NCBI GenBank assembly: GCA_964413645.1
Contig: CAYPSA010000002.1
Coordinates: 22,508 to 86,507, forward strand
Direction: 5' to 3'
DNA: 64,000 nt
Source: an uncultured Gammaproteobacteria bacterium
GTDB taxonomy: Bacteria > Patescibacteriota > Microgenomatia > UBA1406 > HO2-37-13b
Positions 55,325-63,124 of the stretch are shown in pieces. The position numbers and the translations under genes were made by a program. Under the pieces are notes generated by a model. It ran no database searches. It saw only the letters and a list, made by a program, of their open reading frames with translations, and had not been told where the DNA came from. Position 1 is the first letter of the stretch, and every line of letters starts with the position of its first letter.

Positions 55325-55849
55325 ATGGCACTCATTGCAATCGTCGACCACGACAATACGGTTATTGGCCGAAAAGCACGAACTGATTTACAATCTGATG
55401 ACATTTATACAGCCGCAACGCTGTGGATTAAAGATGAAAAAGGAAACGTACTTCTTTCACAACGATCGTTCAAAAAAAAGAACTCTCCTGGAAAATGGGG
55501 ACCAAGCGCGGCGGGAACAATCGAATATGATGAGTCGTACATAAGTAACGTTATTAAAGAAGCCAAGCAAGAGCTTGGACTAAACATTTCTCCTGATGAT
55601 CTACAGAAAGGGCCATTAGTTTTTCACCAGAAATCAAGAAAATATTTTGCACAATCATATATTTACACATACGAAGCAAAAGAAGACGATTTTTTGCTTC
55701 AAAATGATGAAGTTGTCGATGTGAAATGGTTTGATATAGCTCGCGTAGACGATTTGCTTATAAAATATCCGGAAATGTTTAGCTCGAGTTTTGCCGATAC
55801 CTGGAAATTAGTAAAGCCCTACTTATTAAGTACGACCATCTTAAAATAA
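55325..55849 (+). CDS. NUDIX-family hydrolase (degenerate Nudix box)
   Basis: 174 aa. GKWGPSAAGTIEYDESYISNVIKEAKQELGL. Confidence 0.65.
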   Translation: MALIAIVDHDNTVIGRKARTDLQSDDIYTAATLWIKDEKGNVLLSQRSFKKKNSPGKWGPSAAGTIEYDESYISNVIKEAKQELGLNISPDDLQKGPLVFHQKSRKYFAQSYIYTYEAKEDDFLLQNDEVVDVKWFDIARVDDLLIKYPEMFSSSFADTWKLVKPYLLSTTILK

Positions 55850-55865
55850 AAAGACCTTTTCTCTC

Positions 55866-55894
55866 TTGTACTTGGGCTCGATGCATGGTACAAT
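55866..55894 (+). promoter_or_regulatory. rpsB promoter TTGTAC-N17-TACAAT with about 100-nt leader
   Basis: Hexamers read directly, with TGg just upstream of the -10 box. Confidence 0.5.
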
Positions 55895-55999
55895 ACCTGT
55901 AGTTATTAACACTCACGCGTTTAATAATTCTCTTGCGCTCAAAAGGCGACATAAACGCGGCGGCTTCGCCCAAAAGGCGAGAATAAAGAGAATGAAATT

Positions 56000-56713
56000 A
56001 TGAAAAAAACAACTCCAGAAGATTTAATCGCTCACGGTGTCCATTTAGGTCACAAAGCATTCAAGGTTCATCCTCGTTCAAAGCAATACATTTATCAAAT
56101 CGAGAGCGGAACATCAATTATTGATTTATTCCAGACCGCCGATCTTTTAGAAGAAGCAAAACAATACGCAAATGAGCTTGGGAAAGAAGGAAAAGTACTT
56201 CTTGTTGTAGCTACAAAAAAACAAACGAAAGAAATTGTCGCGCAATTGTGTGTTGAAAACAATATTCCTTACTTAGCTAATAAATGGGTTGGAGGATTTT
56301 TAACCAACTTTGGAGCGATTTCCCAAAATATCAAGAAAATGAATACCTTGAATATTGAAAAAGAAAATGGCGATTGGAGCCAATTTGTAAAACACGAACG
56401 AACAGGGCTTGAAAAAAAATTAAATCGAATTTCAGAAATTTACAAAGGCGTCGCAAGTTTAACCAAAACTCCTGATGCTTTATTCTTAGTAGATATCAAA
56501 AAAGAAAACAACGCAGTTCTTGAATCACGCATGGAACACATTCCAACAATTGCAATGGTTGACACGAACACAAATCCTGACTTAGTCGATTATCCTATTC
56601 CTGCAAATGATGATGCAATTTCAAGCGTAACCTTTATTGTTACAGAAATTATTGGAGCATATGTTGAAGGACGTGGAAAAGTTGTCGCACCTGCGACCGA
56701 AAAAGCCGCTTAA
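56000..56713 (+). CDS. rpsB: 30S ribosomal protein S2
   Basis: 237 aa. LIAHGVHLGHKAFKVHPRSKQYIY. Confidence 0.95.
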   Translation: MKKTTPEDLIAHGVHLGHKAFKVHPRSKQYIYQIESGTSIIDLFQTADLLEEAKQYANELGKEGKVLLVVATKKQTKEIVAQLCVENNIPYLANKWVGGFLTNFGAISQNIKKMNTLNIEKENGDWSQFVKHERTGLEKKLNRISEIYKGVASLTKTPDALFLVDIKKENNAVLESRMEHIPTIAMVDTNTNPDLVDYPIPANDDAISSVTFIVTEIIGAYVEGRGKVVAPATEKAA

Positions 56714-56714
56714 T

Positions 56715-57161
56715 ATGGATACACAAAAACTAAAACAACTACGAGAAGAAACAGGAGTTTCATTTAGCTTATGTAAAAAGGCTCTTGATGAAGGTGGAAA
56801 TGACCTTGATAAGGCAAAAAAACTACTGCAAGAATGGGGAATTGAAAAAGCAGCTTCAAAAGAGGATAGAGTAACCAAAGAAGGAGCAGTTTTTTCATAC
56901 ATCCATCACAATAAAAAGATTGGCGTAATGGTATCGCTCAATTGTGAAACCGACTTTGTGGCTAAGAATTCCGATTTTGAAGCGTTAGGCAAGCATATTG
57001 CAGGCCAAATTGCTTTCTTAAAACCTAAAGATGCAAAAACATTGCTCGAATCAGATTCAATTCGAGAACCTGGAAAAACTATCGACGCATTAATTAAGGA
57101 AAGTATTCTGAAAATTGGAGAGAATATTACTTTAGGAGAGTTTGCACGATTTGAAATATAA
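56715..57161 (+). CDS. tsf: elongation factor Ts (short, 148 aa)
   Basis: Trimmed to MDTQKLKQLREETGVSFSLCKKALDEGGNDLDKAKKLLQEWG (UBA-like N-domain). SLNCETDFVAKN core motif. Confidence 0.85.
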   Translation: MDTQKLKQLREETGVSFSLCKKALDEGGNDLDKAKKLLQEWGIEKAASKEDRVTKEGAVFSYIHHNKKIGVMVSLNCETDFVAKNSDFEALGKHIAGQIAFLKPKDAKTLLESDSIREPGKTIDALIKESILKIGENITLGEFARFEI

Positions 57162-57163
57162 CT

Positions 57164-57360
57164 GTCATTCTGAACGAAGTGCCATTCCTGCCGGCAGGTA
57201 GGAAGAATCTCCATTACTCCGCACGATATTCCGCTTCTCAACCATAGACTCTGCTCGCGGAGGCCTGTCACAACCTCGTCCCAACGTTTCTTGCACAGCA
57301 AAAAGCCGTTAGGACTCCCTCCGGTTGTGCCACCCGCTCGCACTAGTACTGATCAGACAT
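57164..57360. repeat. compound palindromic element, copy C (GTCATTCTGAACGAAGTG... unit plus a second long hairpin), visibly more GC-rich than its surroundings
   Basis: Starts 3 nt after the tsf stop. First about 86 nt resemble copies A/B with a 21-nt insert holding the palindrome CCTGCCGGCAGG. Second part pairs CACAACC/GGTTGTG and GTCCCAACG/CGTTAGGAC. Confidence 0.55.
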
Positions 57361-57436
57361 CTCGCACCGTTTATCCAAATTACATATCATAACGTTTTGC
57401 ATTTATTCTTCCAATATGCTATAAATACTCCTAATT

Positions 57437-57997
57437 ATGGAAGTAATTTATAAATCCCTAAAAGAAAAGTTTGAGAAAGCAATTGAGTATTGTCGAGAAG
57501 AATTGTTAAGTATTCGTACAGGCAAAGCTTCACCAGCTATCCTTGAAGGCATTAGTGTCTTGGCTTACGGGGGAGCAACGAAACTTCGCATGCAGGAACT
57601 TGCGACAATTTCCATAACCGGACCGGGTTCACTACTTATTAATCCTTTTGACCCCGCAACAGTACAAGAAATCGAAAAAGCAATTCTAGCTTCGCCTTTG
57701 GGACTCACCCCACGTGTTGATGGAAAAACAATTCATATTACCATTCCAGCATTATCCGAAGATCAACGTTTGAAATACCAAAAAATGGTTAGTGGCAAAA
57801 TCGAAGAATCGAAAAATACTCTCCGCGGCGCTCGCGATGATGCCAGAAAACAAGTTAAACAACTGTTTGAAGATAAAGAAATTACTGAAGACGATAAGTT
57901 TACAAGTGAAAAAGAAATCGATAAAATCACCCAAGAACATTCTGCTCGACTTGACGAAATGAAAGAGAAAAAGGATCGAGAATTAATGGAAGTATAA
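57437..57997 (+). CDS. frr: ribosome recycling factor
   Basis: 186 aa. LLSIRTGKASPAILEGISV and RGARDDARK motifs. Confidence 0.9.
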   Translation: MEVIYKSLKEKFEKAIEYCREELLSIRTGKASPAILEGISVLAYGGATKLRMQELATISITGPGSLLINPFDPATVQEIEKAILASPLGLTPRVDGKTIHITIPALSEDQRLKYQKMVSGKIEESKNTLRGARDDARKQVKQLFEDKEITEDDKFTSEKEIDKITQEHSARLDEMKEKKDRELMEV

Positions 57998-58010
57998 CTT
58001 TAATAAACAC

Positions 58011-59162
58011 ATGCTATCTTTTTTTGTATTTTTACTAATCCTATCCGCTTTAGTTGTTATTCATGAATTTGGCCATTTTATTGCCGCAAAGAAAAATGGC
58101 GTTAAAGTTGAAGAATTTGGATTTGGAATCCCTCCACGCATATGGGGGATTAGATTTGGCGAAACCTTATACAGCTTAAACTGGCTTCCAATCGGAGGTT
58201 TTGTAAAAGTGCTCGGTGAAGAAGAGGCACAATTAAAGGGTGTCCATTTAGCTGAAAAAGATAAAGATCGAACTTTTTCGCGAAAACCCGCTCATGTTAA
58301 ACTGCTTATCCTAACAGCTGGGGTCATTATGAACGTGCTACTTGCTGTAACCGTTTTTTATGGACTTTTAGGCGTAACAAACTTTGTATCTGATCCTATT
58401 TTACTCCTCAACGACTATAAATTCCGTTTTGGACAGGCCAAACCCGTTACTGTAATTGCTGGTATTCTAGAAAAAACCCCTGCTTCCAAATCGACCCTTA
58501 AAGCTGGTGACATCGTAACTCGAGTACAACTTAAGGGTTCAGATAATTGGCTGTATATTAGCGATTCCAAAAGCCTAACCACCGTAATTAATTCTGCAAA
58601 AAATACCCCCGTAATTATCGAAACAGAAGATTTTTATAGTAAAGAAGTTAAAACAGTCACAGTAACACCATTTTTTGACAAGGAAGAAAAAAGAAATATA
58701 ATTGGCGTTTCTTTAGTGCCCGCAGCATCTCTAGACTATACACGGTCAAAACTAACATCAGGCTTAGAACACTCATATAATTTAACCGCATATAACGCCC
58801 ATGTTATGGGTTCTTTAGTGGCTAGCTCATTCAAAACCCGCTCGGTAGGCCCTGTTAAAGAAGTGGTTTCCGGGCCAGTCGGTATTTTTAAATATGTCGA
58901 TGAAATTCTTGAGAAATCAGGCAAGCAACTACTCGTAAATGTTTTTAATCTCTTAGGTGTACTTAGCTTGTCGCTCGCGTTCATTAACATCTTACCGTTC
59001 CCAGCTCTTGATGGAGGACGAGCTGCCGTAGTACTCTATGAGAGTATCACTCGAAAAACAATTAATCCTGAATTTGAACGCAAAATGAATATGATTGGAT
59101 TTGGAGCATTACTGTCACTTTTGCTTTTGATTACTATTAATGACTTTCTTAAATTCTTTTAA
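58011..59162 (+). CDS. rseP: RIP metalloprotease RseP (M50 site-2 protease with PDZ)
   Basis: 383 aa. HEFGHFIAAK and NILPFPALDGG motifs. Confidence 0.85.
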   Translation: MLSFFVFLLILSALVVIHEFGHFIAAKKNGVKVEEFGFGIPPRIWGIRFGETLYSLNWLPIGGFVKVLGEEEAQLKGVHLAEKDKDRTFSRKPAHVKLLILTAGVIMNVLLAVTVFYGLLGVTNFVSDPILLLNDYKFRFGQAKPVTVIAGILEKTPASKSTLKAGDIVTRVQLKGSDNWLYISDSKSLTTVINSAKNTPVIIETEDFYSKEVKTVTVTPFFDKEEKRNIIGVSLVPAASLDYTRSKLTSGLEHSYNLTAYNAHVMGSLVASSFKTRSVGPVKEVVSGPVGIFKYVDEILEKSGKQLLVNVFNLLGVLSLSLAFINILPFPALDGGRAAVVLYESITRKTINPEFERKMNMIGFGALLSLLLLITINDFLKFF

Positions 59163-59165
59163 CCT

Positions 59166-59744
59166 GTGAACTTTGATAAAATTACCGTCTCGGGCAAAGC
59201 GGGGGTCGGGACATCTACACTTTCTAAACATTTAGCACATGCACTTAAGTGGAAATATATTAACGTAGGCACTATTCAACGGGAATACGATGTTTCTTTG
59301 GGGCTTTTAGAATATGACCATGGCACAACCGCGCATACCGATGAACATGAGCGAGGAATTGAGCAAATGACAGATGACGTGCTCAATAAAGAAAAAAACA
59401 TTATTTACGAAGCCTGGCTTTCAGGGTTTATTGCTAAAGATAAGCCAAAAATTCTGCGAGTCTTATTGATTTGCTCAAATTTTGGTGTCCGTATTGATCG
59501 AATTTCAAACAGAGATATGCTTTCCATGAAAGAAGCTAAACATTTTATTCAAATTCGAGAACGACAAAATATTACCAAGTGGAAAAAAATATATGGAGAC
59601 CATGATTTTTGGGATCCAACATACTTCCATGTAATTATTGATACTGCAAAATGTGGTCCTATGGAAACTCTGGGTATCGTTTTAGATAAACTAGGGTATA
59701 ATATGAAGCATGAAGTACGCACGTCTATTTCCAAAAACGAATAA
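59166..59744 (+). CDS. cytidylate kinase, archaeal/COG1102-like type
   Basis: 192 aa with a GTG start. ITVSGKAGVGTSTLSK P-loop. The overall pattern resembles archaeal-type CMP kinases. Confidence 0.65.
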   Translation: MNFDKITVSGKAGVGTSTLSKHLAHALKWKYINVGTIQREYDVSLGLLEYDHGTTAHTDEHERGIEQMTDDVLNKEKNIIYEAWLSGFIAKDKPKILRVLLICSNFGVRIDRISNRDMLSMKEAKHFIQIRERQNITKWKKIYGDHDFWDPTYFHVIIDTAKCGPMETLGIVLDKLGYNMKHEVRTSISKNE

Positions 59745-61422
59745 AGAAACTCCAGCTTCGGCAACGCTCGTTTCACATCAATTATTGTATCGCGCCGGCT
59801 TTATACGCGAAAGTGCAGCGGGCCGCTACTATTTACTTCCTCTCGGTTTGAAAGTTCACCAGAAAATTCAGGCGATAATTAAACAGGAAATGGATAAAAC
59901 TGGTGCTCAAGAACTTGTTTCTCCGGTTTTACATCCATTGGAATTATGGCAAGAAACAAATAGGTCTGCATCTGTAGGATTTGAACTCATGAAAATTAAA
60001 GATCGTGGGGGTTCAGAATTTGTACTAGGGGGAACGGCGGAAGAAATGATTATTGATCTAGTCCGAAAATTCAAATTAAGCTATAAAGATCTTCCTTTAA
60101 ATTTGTACCAGTTCTCAACCAAATTCCGCGACGAAATGCGTGCCCGCGGGGGACTATTGCGTGTTCGAGAATTTATGATGAAAGATGCGTATTCATTCGA
60201 CGTTGATGAAGAAGAATTCAAGAAGGAATATCAGACAATGTGGGAAACATATTCTACGATTTTTAAGCGCCTTGGACTCGACACAACCGTCGTCGAATCA
60301 GACAACGGCTACATTGGTGGTGATTACTGTCATGAATTTGTTGTTGAATCGGAAGCCGGAGAGAGTAAATTCCTAACAACTGACGATGGAACCTATGCCG
60401 CGCATGAAGATATTGCCAAATTTAATAAACAAAATAAGAACCTAGCGGAAGAATTATTACCCCTTCAAGAAGTAGATGCGGTTCGAGGAAAAACTATGGA
60501 AGACGGAGTCAAATTCCACAAATTACCTCTGTGGCGACAAATTAAAGATGTTTTGTTTGTCGATGAAAAAGAACGATTTATTCTCACTGTTATCCGAGGA
60601 GACTTTGATGTAAATGAAGTTAAATTAAAGAATTTAGTTCACGCCCTCAGCTTGCGACATGCAACCGATGAAGAAATTCGCGAAAAATTGCATTCAGAAC
60701 CTGGGTTTATTTCACCAGTCGGAATAAAAGATCACATCGAGCGAGGAGTGCGACTTATTATTGTCGCCGACGATTCTTTGCGAACAGTTAGGAATGCCTA
60801 CGGAGGAGCTAATAAATTGAATGTAGATACGCTTAACATGAATATTGGTCGAGATTTCCAGCCTGACTTGGAAGGCGATATTGCTCTTGCCAAAGACGAA
60901 TATATTAGCTCTGTTTCAAAACAAGTTCTACATGAACGAAAAGGAATCGAAGTAGGAAATATTTTCCAACTCGGTCACCATTATTCTAAAAAAATGAAAG
61001 GTGCCACCTTCATGGACGCCACTGGAAAAGAAAAACCGTACTACATGGGTTGTTATGGAATTGGAATTGGTAGAACACTTGCGGCAGTTGTAGAAGTACA
61101 TCATGACGAGAATGGAATTATTTGGCCTAAAAACATTACTCCATACCATGTTCACTTAATTGGGCTATCAAAAGAATCTAAACGCGCTGATTTAATATAT
61201 CGCAGCCTACAAGCTGATGGATATGATGTGCTCTATGATGACCGTAGCGACATTTCTGCCGGTGAAAAATTTGCAACCGCGGATTTGCTGGGAATACCTG
61301 TTCGGCTGGTAGTTTCCGATCGTACCGGAGACAATATTGAGGTTAAATTACGAACCGATGATGAAGCGCAGGTTCTTTCATATCAAAAAGTGGTCGATAT
61401 ACTCGAAAAAATCTATGAATAA
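59710..61422 (+). CDS. proS: prolyl-tRNA synthetase (bacterial type with INS editing domain)
   Basis: 570 aa. KETPASATLVSHQLLYRAGFIRESAAGRYYLLPLG, FRDEMRARGGLLRVREF, GCYGIGIGR. Confidence 0.9.
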   Translation: MKYARLFPKTNKETPASATLVSHQLLYRAGFIRESAAGRYYLLPLGLKVHQKIQAIIKQEMDKTGAQELVSPVLHPLELWQETNRSASVGFELMKIKDRGGSEFVLGGTAEEMIIDLVRKFKLSYKDLPLNLYQFSTKFRDEMRARGGLLRVREFMMKDAYSFDVDEEEFKKEYQTMWETYSTIFKRLGLDTTVVESDNGYIGGDYCHEFVVESEAGESKFLTTDDGTYAAHEDIAKFNKQNKNLAEELLPLQEVDAVRGKTMEDGVKFHKLPLWRQIKDVLFVDEKERFILTVIRGDFDVNEVKLKNLVHALSLRHATDEEIREKLHSEPGFISPVGIKDHIERGVRLIIVADDSLRTVRNAYGGANKLNVDTLNMNIGRDFQPDLEGDIALAKDEYISSVSKQVLHERKGIEVGNIFQLGHHYSKKMKGATFMDATGKEKPYYMGCYGIGIGRTLAAVVEVHHDENGIIWPKNITPYHVHLIGLSKESKRADLIYRSLQADGYDVLYDDRSDISAGEKFATADLLGIPVRLVVSDRTGDNIEVKLRTDDEAQVLSYQKVVDILEKIYE

Positions 61423-62245
61423 AACGATCGTTACTCACTTATCTCCAGATCAAGACGCTGCTTCCGCAACATGGCTAGTACATAGATTTTTAAAAGGATG
61501 GGAACACGCAGATGTAGCATTCGTACCTGCGGGAACAACATTAAATAACGAAGATCCGGATAGTGATGAAAATATTATCCATGTCGACACGGGAATGGGG
61601 AAGTTTGACCATCATCAAACAAATGAAGAAACATGTGCCGCGGAATTGGTATTCAAACACCTCGTTCGTGAAAAATTACTTGACAAAGAAACCCATCAGG
61701 CTTTAGAACGCATGGTAGTAATAATCTGCGACGAAGATCACTTTAAAGAAATTTACCGTTTTGAGCCTGATAGCGACTTGTACGATTTCATGCCCAGCGC
61801 CATACGCAATGGGGCTCATTCAATTTTCGATAATGACCATCAAATTCTAGAATTCCTTGAGCAAATATTTGATTGCATTTTACAGGCTATGATTTACAAA
61901 ATCCGCGCCGAAAAAGAACTTGCTAAAGGGTTTGAATATCAAACCGCATGGGGAAAAACACTTGCTATTGAAACGGATAACCGAGAAACATCAAGTTTGG
62001 CTCAGAAAAAAGGCTTCAACATGGTTATCAGCAAATCAAAAAATGGTCAAGTCCGCATTAAAACTCGACCTGATGTTCAAAAAGATTTGCAAGATATTTA
62101 TGATATGGTGTTAAAAAAAGATCCAAATGCTACCTGGTTTTACCACGTATCCGGACATATGCTACTCAACGGCTCATCCAAAAACCCCGATATGATTCCT
62201 TCGAAACTTACATTACGAGAACTTATCGGAATGACCAAGATGTAA
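61415..62245 (+). CDS. putative metal-dependent phosphohydrolase (DHH/MYG1-like His-Asp motifs)
   Basis: Trimmed to MNKTIVTHLSPDQDAASATWL. HVDTGMGKFDHHQ motif. Function is a tentative call from motifs only. Confidence 0.4.
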   Translation: MNKTIVTHLSPDQDAASATWLVHRFLKGWEHADVAFVPAGTTLNNEDPDSDENIIHVDTGMGKFDHHQTNEETCAAELVFKHLVREKLLDKETHQALERMVVIICDEDHFKEIYRFEPDSDLYDFMPSAIRNGAHSIFDNDHQILEFLEQIFDCILQAMIYKIRAEKELAKGFEYQTAWGKTLAIETDNRETSSLAQKKGFNMVISKSKNGQVRIKTRPDVQKDLQDIYDMVLKKDPNATWFYHVSGHMLLNGSSKNPDMIPSKLTLRELIGMTKM

Positions 62246-62460
62246 TTTCAAATAATTTCGGCAACCTGGCGAATTGTCTAGGCACTGTCAACCTGGAAGG
62301 TTGTCAATATCAAGGGGGGTATTGTATTATTTCCCTCTCCATCGTATAATCTACTTGCACAAGTAGCACCGTGTTATAATTCTCTCTGCTACTATATATT
62401 GCTCTATAGGACAATTTTTTTGATCTATTGAGCATCCGAGAGGGGGTAGTTAATACTATT

Positions 62461-62634
62461 ATGATCGTCGTTGTCAAAAAAAAAGGCGAAACCACAGATA
62501 AAATCTTAAGAAAATTTTCAAAAATGTTCCGCGAGGAAGATATCATTTTTGATGTAAATAAAAAAGTTTTCTTCAAACGACCCGCAATTCTTAAAAAAGA
62601 AAAATTACGAGAAAAAATGAAGAAAAGCTGGTAA
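62461..62634 (+). CDS. rpsU: 30S ribosomal protein S21
   Basis: Trimmed to MIVVVKKKGETTDKILRKFSKMFREEDIIFDVNKKVFFKRPAILKKEK. Shine-Dalgarno GAGGGGG lies 12 nt upstream. Confidence 0.75.
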   Translation: MIVVVKKKGETTDKILRKFSKMFREEDIIFDVNKKVFFKRPAILKKEKLREKMKKSW

Positions 62635-62641
62635 GGTACGT

Positions 62642-63004
62642 ATGATTAATATCTTTGTAAATCCTCGCTACAAGCTCGATAAAAAGAGCGTGAGCGCTAA
62701 AACTGCAGATATTCTTGCGGCACATCATGTGGGTTCCGAAAAGACAGTAAATATTGCATTTATTGGAAAGCGGAAGATGAAGCAGATTGCGCTAGAATAT
62801 AAAAATGAAGACGTTGCCTTACCCGTGCTTACTTTTTCATATAAGAAAGAGCCGCTCCATGAACAGTTCGAAGAAAACACGTTTGGAGAAATTGTGATAT
62901 GTTATCCACAAGCAGTGCTGCTTGCGGCGGAAAAAAATAAGACTGTAGAACACACGATCGTTTCATTAATCGAACATGGGGTGCAGAATTTGTTGTATAA
63001 GTAA
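62642..63004 (+). CDS. YbeY-like protein with degenerate/truncated metal-binding motif
   Basis: 120 aa. GEIVICYPQAVLLAAEKNKTVEHTIVSLIEHGVQNLLYK aligns to the YbeY C-terminal region, but only the first His of HGxLHLxGYDH is kept. Typical position after rpsU. Confidence 0.5.
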   Translation: MINIFVNPRYKLDKKSVSAKTADILAAHHVGSEKTVNIAFIGKRKMKQIALEYKNEDVALPVLTFSYKKEPLHEQFEENTFGEIVICYPQAVLLAAEKNKTVEHTIVSLIEHGVQNLLYK

Positions 63005-63008
63005 TATC

Positions 63009-63099
63009 TGTCATCCTGAACCCTCTTGGGTGAAGGATCTCGGTGTTAAAATTAACACCTAGTTTCTTCGCATCCGCCAGGCGGCGGAGCTCAGAATGA
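63009..63099. repeat. imperfect palindromic intergenic element, copy B (GTCATCCTGAAC...GCTCAGAATGAC)
   Basis: Shares GTCATCCTGA, AAGGATCTCGGTGTT-N6-AACACCTAG and TCAGAATGAC blocks with copy A. Starts 5 nt after the ybeY-like stop. Confidence 0.75.
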
Positions 63100-63124
63100 C
63101 TTATGTGTAGCTGAATGTCTTTAT

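Noticed and set aside
56906-57343. 145-aa minus-strand ORF spanning the tsf 3' end and the repeat element
   Set aside because: It is antisense to tsf and reads through a palindromic repeat, giving the HFVQND-type peptide typical of translated repeat arms. Gly/Arg-rich junk composition.
57162-57436. Known structured RNAs (tmRNA, RNase P RNA, SRP RNA, 6S) in the GC-rich tsf-frr spacer
   Set aside because: I could not find their hallmark conserved sequences, such as the tRNA-like ends of tmRNA, the GAGGAAAGUCC block of RNase P, or the SRP domain IV motif. It is left as an unclassified repeat or structure.
62310-62576. 88-aa minus-strand ORF upstream of and overlapping rpsU
   Set aside because: It overlaps the S21 coding sequence in antisense and covers promoter-like AT-rich sequence. 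No support.
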